46,872 nucleotides of DNA from Actinomycetota bacterium (GTDB lineage Bacteria > Actinomycetota > Acidimicrobiia > Acidimicrobiales > Ilumatobacteraceae). Every line of letters starts with the position of its first letter. Position 1 is the first letter of the stretch. The notes beneath the pieces are model-generated. The model did not search any database. It was not told where the DNA came from and was given only the letters and a program-made list of their open reading frames with translations. A program made the position numbers and the translations under genes. The DNA is taken from positions 1 through 46,872 of the forward strand of contig JBJTYE010000156.1 in the NCBI GenBank assembly GCA_046082625.1, given 5' to 3'. Of this stretch, positions 18,253 to 27,208 are shown one piece after another.

Positions 18253-18581
18253 GTGCGATGGAAGACGATGCCATATCCACCGTCGGGATAGGTCCAGGTG
18301 ATGGCACCGTCGCGGTTGCACACCATGTAGCAGGTGCCGCATTCGAAGCAGTTCTCGTAGTTGAAGAGAATGCCCCCGTCGCTCGTGGGGACGAACAGGT
18401 TGGCCGGGCAGGCCACCACGCATTCCCTGGTCGTGCAGCCCCGACAGGTGTCGCCGTTGACGGTGATATGTGCCCGCTCGTGGATGCGGAACTCGGCGGT
18501 CGACATCCGCTCGTCGAAGGGGATGGCGTTCCAGGTCGAATCGGATTCGATGCGGGCTCCCGTGGAGAACGTGTCCGTCAT
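18249..18581 (-). CDS. fixX: Ferredoxin-like protein FixX
   Basis: CRGCTTRECVVACPANLF...CFECGTCYMVC, with the small size typical of FixX. Start set to ATG 18581, an ATGA overlap with the fixC stop; ATG 18605 is the alternative. Confidence 0.85.
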   Translation of the reverse strand: MTDTFSTGARIESDSTWNAIPFDERMSTAEFRIHERAHITVNGDTCRGCTTRECVVACPANLFVPTSDGGILFNYENCFECGTCYMVCNRDGAITWTYPDGGYGIVFHRT

Positions 18582-19891
18582 CCGAAACCTCTCATTCCCG
18601 TCCATCCGTCGCGGATCAAGTGGCGCCAGGATATGCCAGCTCGTTTGCGCTCCTCGCGCAGGATGCGTCGAAGTCCGGGTTTGGGTCGCGGATTGTCCAC
18701 TCGGAACATGCGCTCCACCACCGAGGTGACGAATTGGGGATACGCGTGCTGCACCCGATCGGACAGGACGAGCCGGGGAATCTTGCGGAGCTTGCGGTGG
18801 TCCTCGAGGACGAAGGAGTTCTCGAGGAGAGACCTGTAGCCCGACAACCCGCGTCGGGACGTGTCACCAGCGGCGACGGCGGCGGCTGCGCTGCGTCCGG
18901 CGTACATGCCGCTCGCCATGGCGAAGTTCACTCCCTCGAGCCAGATACCGGCGGCCAGACACAGTGCGGCCGCGTCCCCGGCCACCAGCAGCCCATCGGC
19001 GACCATGGTGGGCATCATGTCGAGGCCGGCCTCGGGAATGACGTGGGCCGAGTACTCCAGGATCTCGGCCCCTTCCACCAGGGGCCTGATGGCCGGGTGA
19101 TCCTTGAGGCCGGCGATGATGGCCTCCGGTCGACGGGATTGGGCGGCCAGTTTGGGCAGCTTCAGGACCACTCCGAGGGAGATGGTGTCCAAGTTCGTGT
19201 AGATGAAGCCGCCGCCGTTCACTCCCGAGGTTCCCCCGAGGATCTCGATGTCGACGCCGTGATCGTCGCGGATTCCGAAGCGGTTCTCGATGACGTCTCG
19301 GGGCAGCGAGAGCGTCTCTTTGACTCCGAGCGTGTAGTTGGCCGCGTCGGTCGACGGATACAGGCCGGCCTCCTTGGCGAGGAAGCTGTTGACACCGTCG
19401 CAGGCGATGACCACTTCGGCGGTGAGATCGCCGTCGGGACGATCGGTGCGGACTCCGGCGACCCGTCCGGCCTCGTCGCGAAGCAGGGAGGTCACGGTCG
19501 TGGCACAGATGAGTTCCGCTCCAGCCTCCACTGCTCGTTGTGCCAGCCAATGGTCGAAGTCGGGTCGGTAGGCCGTGGCTCCGTTGTAGGGCGGCCGCGA
19601 CCAATTCTCGCTGCGGTAGTCGATGTTCAAGGCCCCGGTTTCGGAGAGCAACATGGTGGATCGGCGGACCACCCAGCGCTGCACCGGAGCCGTCGTCCAC
19701 CAGTTCGGCACCAGCTCATCGAGGACTCGCGGGTAGACGACTCCGCCATACATGTTCTTCGAACCCGGGAACGGTCCGCGTTCGATGAGGATGACCCGCT
19801 TGCCGGCCTGTGCTGCGGCGATGGCCGCACAGGAGCCGGCAGGCCCGGCACCCACGACGATGACGTCGGCATCCTTCGCAGGAGTGTTCAC
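18578..19891 (-). CDS. fixC: FAD-dependent oxidoreductase FixC (ETF-quinone-oxidoreductase-like)
   Basis: DVIVVGAGPAGSCAAIAAAQAGKRVILIERG dinucleotide fold, 437 aa. GTG start in a GTGA overlap with the fixB stop. Confidence 0.85.
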   Translation of the reverse strand: MNTPAKDADVIVVGAGPAGSCAAIAAAQAGKRVILIERGPFPGSKNMYGGVVYPRVLDELVPNWWTTAPVQRWVVRRSTMLLSETGALNIDYRSENWSRPPYNGATAYRPDFDHWLAQRAVEAGAELICATTVTSLLRDEAGRVAGVRTDRPDGDLTAEVVIACDGVNSFLAKEAGLYPSTDAANYTLGVKETLSLPRDVIENRFGIRDDHGVDIEILGGTSGVNGGGFIYTNLDTISLGVVLKLPKLAAQSRRPEAIIAGLKDHPAIRPLVEGAEILEYSAHVIPEAGLDMMPTMVADGLLVAGDAAALCLAAGIWLEGVNFAMASGMYAGRSAAAAVAAGDTSRRGLSGYRSLLENSFVLEDHRKLRKIPRLVLSDRVQHAYPQFVTSVVERMFRVDNPRPKPGLRRILREERKRAGISWRHLIRDGWTGMRGFG

Positions 19892-20832
19892 GAGTCCGCA
19901 TCCGATCCGAGCATCTCGGCGAGTTCGTCGAGAACCAGATTGGCATCGGCCACGATCGCCAGATCCGACATCTGCATCATCGGGCAGTGAGCGTCGGTGT
20001 TGACGCTGAGGATGTGATCGGGTCGTCCGAGGCCGCTGGTGTGCTGGACCGCTCCACTGATTCCGAAGGACAGATACAAGCGCGGATTCACCACCACTCC
20101 GGTGGTTCCGATCTGGCGGTCGTGGGTGGCCCAGCCGCGATCGGTGATCACGCGGGTGACCCCCATCGAGGCGTCGAGGGATTGCGCCACGCGATCGAGA
20201 ATCGTGAAAGTCTCGGCCGACTGCAGCCCGGCTCCTCCGCCCACGATGCGTCGGGCCTCGGACAGATCCATGGTGGCGGCGTCGGGCGGAAGCACCTCGG
20301 TGGTCACCACCGAGGAGGCGGCCTCGATCGAGGGGACGAGGGCTGGTAGTTCGGTGATCAGCGCCGGCGCGTCACGATGGTCGACACCTCGACAGCCCAC
20401 CTGCAACGTGCACACCGCCGGACCGGTGAGGGGGAGATCCGCGATCTGCAGTCCGCCGCCTCGAGTGACGCTCACGGCGTCGGAGTCCACGGCGACTGCT
20501 CCGCTGTGCAACGGGCGCCCGAGTCGGTGGGCCAGGATCGGGGCCAGATCCCGTCCGTCGGGGCTGGCGGGAAGGATGACGGTGTCGTCGATGCGCCCGG
20601 CGGCTTCGAGGGCTCCGACCACAGCGGTCGTCAACGCGGCAACGGACGGCCAGGAGTCGTCGGGGGACGGACCCACCTCGAGGGTCCAGATACGCGTCGC
20701 CACCCCGGACAGGATTTCGGCGGCGCGGCCCGTCCCGGACCCCACCAGCGCGATGTCACCACCGGCTTCACAGACCGCTTCTTCGGCCCCGGCCGGCACC
20801 GAACCGGAACGAATGAGGGCGACCGCGATCAT
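19888..20832 (-). CDS. fixB: Electron transfer flavoprotein alpha subunit-like (FixB/EtfA)
   Basis: C-terminal FAD motif PRLYLSFGISGAVQHTSGL and IVGGGAGL; 314 aa. Confidence 0.85.
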   Translation of the reverse strand: MIAVALIRSGSVPAGAEEAVCEAGGDIALVGSGTGRAAEILSGVATRIWTLEVGPSPDDSWPSVAALTTAVVGALEAAGRIDDTVILPASPDGRDLAPILAHRLGRPLHSGAVAVDSDAVSVTRGGGLQIADLPLTGPAVCTLQVGCRGVDHRDAPALITELPALVPSIEAASSVVTTEVLPPDAATMDLSEARRIVGGGAGLQSAETFTILDRVAQSLDASMGVTRVITDRGWATHDRQIGTTGVVVNPRLYLSFGISGAVQHTSGLGRPDHILSVNTDAHCPMMQMSDLAIVADANLVLDELAEMLGSDADS

Positions 20833-20907
20833 GCTCGCTCAGATTACGTCCGTCAGCCCTGGCCGGCACCGTTCGAGCCGGCATCACTCGGGCCGAGGCG
20901 AGCGCAA

Positions 20908-21279
20908 CTACCGCTGTCCGAGCGTCTTCTCGATGGACTTCAGTTGTTCGACCACCCGGTCCGTTTCGGTGCGATGTTCATGGACCAGTCGCACCAGCCA
21001 GAAGCGCAGAAAGCGGGCCATCGAGTAGCGCACGAAGAGCGCCGTCCCGGCGATCACCAACGCCAGGCCGATCAAGGTTCCAGTAGCCAGAAAGGCCACC
21101 TGATCGCCGGTGTCGCTGGTGCCGCTGGCCTGGAATCCGCCGAAGATCGCCAGGCCCACACCGGCCAGCAGGGCCACGACCCCGAGCACCAGGAGCAATC
21201 GCTCGCGATCGGCGCGCGCCCCGCGCAACTTCATCTCGGCGATCTCTTCGGTGAAGGTCTGGATTCGGTCTTCGTTCAT
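20908..21279 (-). CDS. Small membrane protein, unknown function (2 predicted TM helices)
   Basis: 123-aa ORF with a charged N-terminus, two hydrophobic stretches (LLLVLGVVALLAGVGLAIFGGF; LATGTLIGLALVIAGTALFV) and a charged C-terminal helix. No motif recognised. Lies 75 nt upstream of fixB on the same strand. Confidence 0.5.
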   Translation of the reverse strand: MNEDRIQTFTEEIAEMKLRGARADRERLLLVLGVVALLAGVGLAIFGGFQASGTSDTGDQVAFLATGTLIGLALVIAGTALFVRYSMARFLRFWLVRLVHEHRTETDRVVEQLKSIEKTLGQR

Positions 21280-21375
21280 GGTCCTGTTCGTTTCCGAGTG
21301 ATGATGCGGGCCGCACGGGACGGGTGGTGGTCACGGTAGCCCAAATCCCGTCCACCCAAGATGGTGAGGTGTCCG

Positions 21376-22080
21376 TCAGGGGCCGAGGTAGGCCCCAGCC
21401 AGTACATCGTCGCCGATGTCGGCGGCTCGTCCGGTGACCTGGACGCGACCCTGGGCGATCAGGACGGCCTGATCGGCGATTCCGAGCACGGTGCGCGCGA
21501 ACTGCTCGACGACGAGGACCGACACACCATGGGCGGCGATGGCGGCCACTTGTTCGTAGAGTTCGGCCACCACGATCGGGGCCAGCCCCATGGACAATTC
21601 GTCGAGCAGCAGGACGGCAGGGTCGGTGGCCAGCGCCCGGGCGAGCGAGAGCATCTGCTGCTCACCTCCCGACAAGGTGCCGGCCAGTTGTTGCCGTCGC
21701 TCGGCGAGTCGGGGGAAGCGTTCGTAGGTCCGTTCTTCGATCTCGTTCAGTCGTCGACCCATGTAGGTGGCCATCAACAGGTTCTCGCGCACCGTGAGAT
21801 TGGGAAACACGCCGCGACCTTCGGGAATGGTGCACAGTCCGGCCCTGGCCAGTGCATGGGCCGATGCGCCGGTGACATCGCGTCCGGCCACGACGATGTG
21901 TCCTGAGGTCGGCTTGAGCAGTCCGCTCAGCACTTTGATGGTGGTGCTCTTGCCTGCGCCATTGGGTCCGAGAAGGGCGACGACTTCACCGGTGTTCAAA
22001 GTCAGGTCCACCCCGTGCAGTACTTCGATGGTTCCGTATCCGGCGTGGATGCCGCGCAGCTGGAGAATCGGAGCGTTCAT
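21376..22080 (-). CDS. HAAT-family ABC transporter ATP-binding protein (LivF-type)
   Basis: GPNGAGKST, LSGGEQQML, LLLDELS and IPEGRGVFPNLTVRENL. ATGA overlap with the upstream LivG-type gene. Confidence 0.9.
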   Translation of the reverse strand: MNAPILQLRGIHAGYGTIEVLHGVDLTLNTGEVVALLGPNGAGKSTTIKVLSGLLKPTSGHIVVAGRDVTGASAHALARAGLCTIPEGRGVFPNLTVRENLLMATYMGRRLNEIEERTYERFPRLAERRQQLAGTLSGGEQQMLSLARALATDPAVLLLDELSMGLAPIVVAELYEQVAAIAAHGVSVLVVEQFARTVLGIADQAVLIAQGRVQVTGRAADIGDDVLAGAYLGP

Positions 22081-22787
22081 GAAGCCCCCAGGTACGCCGA
22101 GAGCACGAGCGGGTTCTCCTTGATGGCCGATGGTGTCCCGTGGGCGATGATGACTCCCAGGTCGAGAACGAAGATCTCGTCGCAGACCCGCATCACCAGT
22201 CCCACATCGTGCTCCACCAGGAGAACGCCCAGACCTTCGGCCGCCAAGGCGCGCAAGAGGGCTCCGAGATGTTCGGTCTCGGCCTCGTCGAGTCCCGAGG
22301 CCGGTTCGTCGAGCAGAAGCAGTCGGGGTCTGGTGGCCAGCGCGCGGGCGATCTCGACCAGACGCGCCGAGCCGGTCGGCAGATCCCCGGCCGTGCGGTC
22401 GGCGAGATCGGCGATTCCCACCCGTTCCAGGATCGAGTTCACCCAGGTCTTCGTATCGGGTACCCGCGCCAGTTCCGCTGCCACGCGCACGTTGTCCCGT
22501 ACCGACAGTGATCCGAAGAGTTCGAGTCGTTGGAAGGTACGGGCCACGCCGAGTCGAGCTCGTCTATGGGGGGAGATGTGGGTCACGTCGTTTCCGTCGA
22601 TCGACACCGATCCGGAGGTCGGTACCTGGATGCCGCTGATGACGTTGAACAAGGTCGTCTTGCCTGCACCATTGGGGCCGATCAGTCCGGTCACCAGTCC
22701 GGCAGGAACGGAGATCGCCACACCCCCCAGGGCCATGACACCGCCGAAGCGAACTCTGACGTCGTGGGTTTCGAGCAACGCCGTCAC
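22077..22787 (-). CDS. HAAT-family ABC transporter ATP-binding protein (LivG-type)
   Basis: The last 236 codons of track ORF 22077..24116, from GTG 22787 (VTALLETHDV), a GTGA overlap with the permease stop. Motifs FGGVMALGGV, GPNGAGKTTLFN, RTFQRLELF and LLLDEPASG. Confidence 0.9.
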   Translation of the reverse strand: MTALLETHDVRVRFGGVMALGGVAISVPAGLVTGLIGPNGAGKTTLFNVISGIQVPTSGSVSIDGNDVTHISPHRRARLGVARTFQRLELFGSLSVRDNVRVAAELARVPDTKTWVNSILERVGIADLADRTAGDLPTGSARLVEIARALATRPRLLLLDEPASGLDEAETEHLGALLRALAAEGLGVLLVEHDVGLVMRVCDEIFVLDLGVIIAHGTPSAIKENPLVLSAYLGAS

Positions 22788-25057
22788 AACGTGACCCCCA
22801 GACGACGTTCGGCCAAGGTGATCTCGGCGTCGCTGAAGGGTTCGGCGAGTCCGACGAGGTCGGGTGAGTCGCGATGCAGACGCGGGGCGGTTTCCAGCGT
22901 CCGCCTCGCTCCGAGGCCGAACACGGCGATCAGGAAGATCATGGCGATGAGCCGTTGTCCGGTGGCATCGAGAGCGGTCGCCCAATCGACGCCCGCGGCG
23001 ACCACGAGTCCGATGACGAGCAGGGCCGTGGCCGTGATCCGTCGGCGCGGGGAACCGCTGGTGAGATCGACCAGATTCGGTGTCACCGCCAGGAACCAGA
23101 ACATGGCTGCGACGAAGAACGACCAGTGGGAGATGATCTCGAGAGCGTTCAAGGCCCAGATTCCGATGCCACCGAGGGCCGACGCCGCCAGCAGGGACCA
23201 GCGTCCCTGAAGGGAGCGGAAGTTGTCGGCGGTTTGCGAGGCCGCTCCACTGGGATTGCGGCCGAGGGTCACGCCGATGAGACCCGGCCCGACCTTGGTC
23301 CAATTCCTGACCGAGGGGACCACGGTGGCCAGCACCGAGTTCCCGCCCAGCAGGAAGCCGCCGAACAATGCTCCCGCGACAGTCCCCACTCCACCGACCA
23401 CGGCCAAGAGAACGAGCGGAAGACTCTGCATGAAGTCGAACTGCTGCGGACTCACTTTGTCGCCGGCCAACGCGCCGGCGATGGCCGCGATGCCGGCCGA
23501 GATGGCGAAGGCCAGAACCTTGGCCCGGGTCAGACTCATGCCCAACGTTGCCGCCGCAGCCGGCGAGTCCTTCAGAGCGATCAGTTGACGTCCCAGTCGG
23601 CTGCGACGCAGTGCCACGACGCCGAGACCGAGCAGCGAGAAAGCGCAGGCCGCCAGGATCAGTCGGCCTCGCGGACTGTCGATGGTGATCAATGGCAGGT
23701 CCAACACCGGCACGTCGATGTTCCCGGTCTGGAACGTCTGACGTTGGTTGAACACCAACTTGGTCACCAACACGGCGAAGGCTGCGGTGGACAAAGCCAA
23801 ATAGATCCCCGAGAGGCGGAGAGCCGGAAGTGCCACCACGGCACCCACCACGGCCACGATGGCCACGGCCGCTGCCAAGGTGAGCAGGTTCCCGTCCCCG
23901 GGAAGTTTGGACATGGCGATGGCTCCGAGTCCGGTGAAGGTGAGCGGTGCCAGGGACATCTGACCGGCGTAACCAGTGAGGGGCACCAGGGAGAGCGCGG
24001 CGATGGCGAAGGTGAAGGCGTTCAACAGCAACAAGGTGTTGGAGCGCGTGAGCATTCCGGAGATCCCGACGGTGGCCACCACCAACGCCACTGCGCCGAG
24101 CACTGCCGTACTCCATTCGGGAACGCGATTCTCTTCGCGAAAGCGGGCGGTGCCGGTGCGCAGACGGGTCTGGGGCCGCGTCAAGAGGGCGATGAAGAGC
24201 ACGATGGTGGGAATCGAGGCCCGTAGTCCGGACAGTCCGAAGCCGAACACGCTCTGCGGGAACCAGGTCTCGTCCGAGAGCATCAGGTAGTAGGCATCGA
24301 GCAGTCCGAGCAGTGCGGCCCCGAGGAAGGTGAGCGGCAGGTTGCGGAGCCGTCCGATGATCGCTGCGGCGTAGGCATTGATCACCAGCAGCACCAAGGG
24401 CTCGATGTTGAGTTGCTGCTCCCCGGCCAAGAGGATGCCGGCCAGTCCGGCCAGGCAGGCACTAGTGGCCCAGGCGAACATGGCCACGTGATCGGGCCGA
24501 GCACCGTTCAACTCGACCAGATTGCGATCGTCGACCACGGCTCGCATGGCCACGCCCATGCGGGTCCGGAACAGCACCAGTCGCAAGAAGACGGCCACCA
24601 ACACGGCACAGCCGAAGGTGATCAGCTTGTGCCAACTCACGTTGACGCCCCCGAGGGATACGATGTTGCCGTCGAAGAACTTGAGGAATGCCGTGCGGCT
24701 GGCATCGCTCGGCCAGATCCAATTGGCCAACCCGACCATGAAGGCGAAGAGCGCGACCGTCACCGAAAGGCGCACCACTTCAGTCGTGCCTTGGAGGCCG
24801 CGCATCACCAGACGTTCGGTGAGCATGCCGAACAGAGGGCAGAGCACGAAGAGCGTGATGATCAGCGCCAGAGGTGCCGGAACTCCCCAGTCGAAACGCA
24901 ATTGCCAGTAGGTGAAGGCCGCCAACATCCCGGTGGCACCGTGGGCGAGATTGAAGATGCCCGAGGTGGTGTAGGTGACCACCAATCCGCTGGCGACCAC
25001 GGCATAGATGGCCCCAGTCGACAGCCCGATGATGGTGAACGTCAGGAGTTCCTGCAT
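22784..25057 (-). CDS. HAAT-family ABC permease, fused LivH-LivM
   Basis: 757-aa polytopic ORF. N-terminus is MQELLTFTIIGLSTGAIYAVVASGLVVTYTTSGIFNLAHG (LivH). The C half is LivM-like (LVPLTGYAGQMSLAPLTFTGLGA). Confidence 0.88.
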   Translation of the reverse strand: MQELLTFTIIGLSTGAIYAVVASGLVVTYTTSGIFNLAHGATGMLAAFTYWQLRFDWGVPAPLALIITLFVLCPLFGMLTERLVMRGLQGTTEVVRLSVTVALFAFMVGLANWIWPSDASRTAFLKFFDGNIVSLGGVNVSWHKLITFGCAVLVAVFLRLVLFRTRMGVAMRAVVDDRNLVELNGARPDHVAMFAWATSACLAGLAGILLAGEQQLNIEPLVLLVINAYAAAIIGRLRNLPLTFLGAALLGLLDAYYLMLSDETWFPQSVFGFGLSGLRASIPTIVLFIALLTRPQTRLRTGTARFREENRVPEWSTAVLGAVALVVATVGISGMLTRSNTLLLLNAFTFAIAALSLVPLTGYAGQMSLAPLTFTGLGAIAMSKLPGDGNLLTLAAAVAIVAVVGAVVALPALRLSGIYLALSTAAFAVLVTKLVFNQRQTFQTGNIDVPVLDLPLITIDSPRGRLILAACAFSLLGLGVVALRRSRLGRQLIALKDSPAAAATLGMSLTRAKVLAFAISAGIAAIAGALAGDKVSPQQFDFMQSLPLVLLAVVGGVGTVAGALFGGFLLGGNSVLATVVPSVRNWTKVGPGLIGVTLGRNPSGAASQTADNFRSLQGRWSLLAASALGGIGIWALNALEIISHWSFFVAAMFWFLAVTPNLVDLTSGSPRRRITATALLVIGLVVAAGVDWATALDATGQRLIAMIFLIAVFGLGARRTLETAPRLHRDSPDLVGLAEPFSDAEITLAERRLGVTL

Positions 25058-25100
25058 CGGTCAGCCGATCCGAACCTTCATGACGGGACCGCGTTCGCGA

Positions 25101-26558
25101 TCAATTGGGTCGCGACGGATCGACTCCGTTCGTCACATCGCCGAAATCACCGGTGATTTGCACCACACCAGCCGGATCGCAGTGCCATCCGTTGCCGTTG
25201 TCGTCGGCGGAGCCGATCTCGGGGAACAGGCGCGTCCATGTGCCGTTGCGGACTTCCATGATGATGGTGCAGGGAGGCGGAACGTTGGCCGACGGGTTGG
25301 TCTCGGCGTGCAATCCACCGCCGGTCCAGGAACTGATCTGCTTGCCCTGGGCCAGAACGCATTCACGCTCCAGCACGTTGCCATTGGCATCGAGGCAGGC
25401 ATTGGCGGCCGTGACGAACAAGAGCATGGCCGACGTCGTCTGCAGACCGAGACCGGCGATGCGGCCTTCGGGGTTGTAGGTCGCCATCATGTCCAAGTAG
25501 TCGGTCATGGCCGGGAAGTCGGCGGCTTCCTCGAAGGGTGCGTACATGGTGCGAACTTTGAAGCCCTCGGTGGCCTCGGCGTTGCCGGGAGCGACCATGT
25601 CGGCGCTATAGAAGTTGGCATCGTTGAGGACGAGTTCGGGGACGTAGCCGACCTCGCGCATGGCCTTGTACAGCAGGATCAGATTGCCGGGTTCACCGAC
25701 GAAGGACATGGCGGTGATGTTCTCGGACTTCAACTTCTGGGCAAAGGGAGCCCAGTTGGCTTCGCCCGCCGGGTTGTACGAGATCATGGTCGGTTCGCCG
25801 AATCCGCCCACTGCGTCCATGGTGGCCGCCAACTGATCGGCGACGCTCTTGGTGGTCAAGAAGTCGCCGTAGAAGATGGCGACCTTCTTGATCTGCTCCG
25901 GGTAGTTGTTCTTGGCCCAGATCAACCAGGTGGCCGGCTTGTCGTTGGCCGGGTTGGGGATGGGCTGGACCTTGCCATTGGCCATGGCCGCTGCCGCCGT
26001 CACGGTGTAGCCGGCGAAGGAGACCATGCCGCACTCGTGGAAACGCGGGTACATCTGGTCGTCGAAGACCCATCCACCGCCGACCATGGCGAAGACCTCG
26101 CTGCAAGCCTGTTCGATGGCCGGAGGCACGTTGAACAATTTGCCATCGAGGTCGACGATCTCGATCGGAAGACCGCGTACTCCGCCTTGTTCGTTGCACC
26201 ACTCGGCGAAGGCTCGGGCGGCATCGAGCATTTCGATGGTCAGCCCGGGCACTGCCTCGTAGCCGTGATCGCTGGCGGCACCCAACTTCAGAGTCGGTCC
26301 ACCGTTCTGGCCATCGGCGATGGTGGGAACGCCGGCTTCGGTGGCCGGACCGCATGGACTCGGCAGGTCACCGAACAAAGTTCCACTCGGGGCATCGGTC
26401 GTGTCGGGAGCTTCGGTCGAGGACGTCTCCGGAGCAGTGGTGTCGCCCGCCGAAGTGCTCGACGAATCTTCGCGGTTGGAGCACCCGGCTGCGGCCGCCA
26501 GGGCCACGATGCCGATGATCCCCACTGAACGACGGACTGATCGACGGAAACTCCCCAT
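25101..26558 (-). CDS. ABC transporter substrate-binding lipoprotein (LivK-like type I PBP)
   Basis: Signal peptide with a lipobox-like VALAAAAGCSN, then a Ser/Thr/Glu/Asp linker. First gene of the SBP-permease-LivG-LivF operon. Paralogous to the partial ORF at 46036..46872. Confidence 0.8.
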   Translation of the reverse strand: MGSFRRSVRRSVGIIGIVALAAAAGCSNREDSSSTSAGDTTAPETSSTEAPDTTDAPSGTLFGDLPSPCGPATEAGVPTIADGQNGGPTLKLGAASDHGYEAVPGLTIEMLDAARAFAEWCNEQGGVRGLPIEIVDLDGKLFNVPPAIEQACSEVFAMVGGGWVFDDQMYPRFHECGMVSFAGYTVTAAAAMANGKVQPIPNPANDKPATWLIWAKNNYPEQIKKVAIFYGDFLTTKSVADQLAATMDAVGGFGEPTMISYNPAGEANWAPFAQKLKSENITAMSFVGEPGNLILLYKAMREVGYVPELVLNDANFYSADMVAPGNAEATEGFKVRTMYAPFEEAADFPAMTDYLDMMATYNPEGRIAGLGLQTTSAMLLFVTAANACLDANGNVLERECVLAQGKQISSWTGGGLHAETNPSANVPPPCTIIMEVRNGTWTRLFPEIGSADDNGNGWHCDPAGVVQITGDFGDVTNGVDPSRPN

Positions 26559-26642
26559 GACGCCCCCCTCAGGTCACGACGAGCCCTCCGGCTCGTTGCC
26601 GGAACACTAGCAACGGCGACCACGCGAGCAGAAGGGGGCTTT

Positions 26643-26668
26643 CGCTCGCACACGTGCCGCTGCGAGCG
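26643..26668. promoter_or_regulatory. Perfect 8-bp inverted repeat with a 10-nt spacer (candidate operator or leader hairpin)
   Basis: CGCTCGCA-cacgtgccgc-TGCGAGCG. It lies in the 161-bp divergent intergenic region between the SBP lipoprotein gene and the first DUF35 gene. The spacer begins with the palindrome CACGTG. Confidence 0.35.
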
Positions 26669-26719
26669 GGACGCGTCTGCGAATAGGACACCCTGTTCGA
26701 GGCGTGATAGGAAATTCAC

Positions 26720-27208
26720 GTGGCCGAGCAGTCGAATTGGTCCAGGGAGGACGGCACATTCGTCGCTCCGCTGGTGGTGTCGTATCCCTACAGTCGAACG
26801 GTCGGGACGCAGTTGTCCCGGTTCTTCACCTCGCTGATGGAGGGTCGTCTCGAAGGCACCCGCGGCAGTGACGGGCGGGTGTACTTCCCGCCGGCCGAAT
26901 TCGATCCGCTGACGGGGGACCGGTTGACCGACTGGGTGAGCCTCTCCGAAGAGGGAAGCGTCACCAGTTGGACGTGGCAGGCCCTGCCCGAAGAGGGGCA
27001 TCCGCTGGACCGAGCCTTCGCCTGGGCGCTCGTGGTTCTCGACGGCGCCGATGTTCCGGTATTGCACGCAGTCGATGCCGGCGACCCGACTCGGATCGCC
27101 ACCGGATCCCGGGTGCGGGTCCGTTGGGCCGAGGAGAGAACCGGCGGTATGACCGACATCGCCTGTTTCGATCTCCTGGAAAGCGGAAAGGCTGGTGGCG
27201 GATCATGA
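26720..27208 (+). CDS. DUF35 OB-fold protein (Zn-ribbon cysteines absent)
   Basis: 162 aa with a GTG start. GRVYFPPAEFDPLTGDRL sits where DUF35 proteins carry CxxC...CxxC, followed by an OB-fold-like C half. ATGA overlap with the next DUF35 gene. Confidence 0.7.
   Translation: MAEQSNWSREDGTFVAPLVVSYPYSRTVGTQLSRFFTSLMEGRLEGTRGSDGRVYFPPAEFDPLTGDRLTDWVSLSEEGSVTSWTWQALPEEGHPLDRAFAWALVVLDGADVPVLHAVDAGDPTRIATGSRVRVRWAEERTGGMTDIACFDLLESGKAGGGS

Noticed and set aside
15411-21375. A search for a mycofactocin precursor (a short ORF ending in CGVY or GVY) and for mftB/C/D near the mftE/F-like genes.
   Set aside because: None was found by eye in the intergenic gaps (20833-20907, 21280-21375) or elsewhere in the window. 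ORFs shorter than 60 aa are not in the track, so a hidden small ORF overlapping another gene cannot be fully excluded.
22788-24116. The N-terminal 443 codons of the 679-aa track ORF 22077..24116.
   Set aside because: Only the last 236 codons are LivG-like. The upstream part reads out of frame across the permease gene, which has its own convincing frame (22784..25057). The gene therefore starts at GTG 22787.
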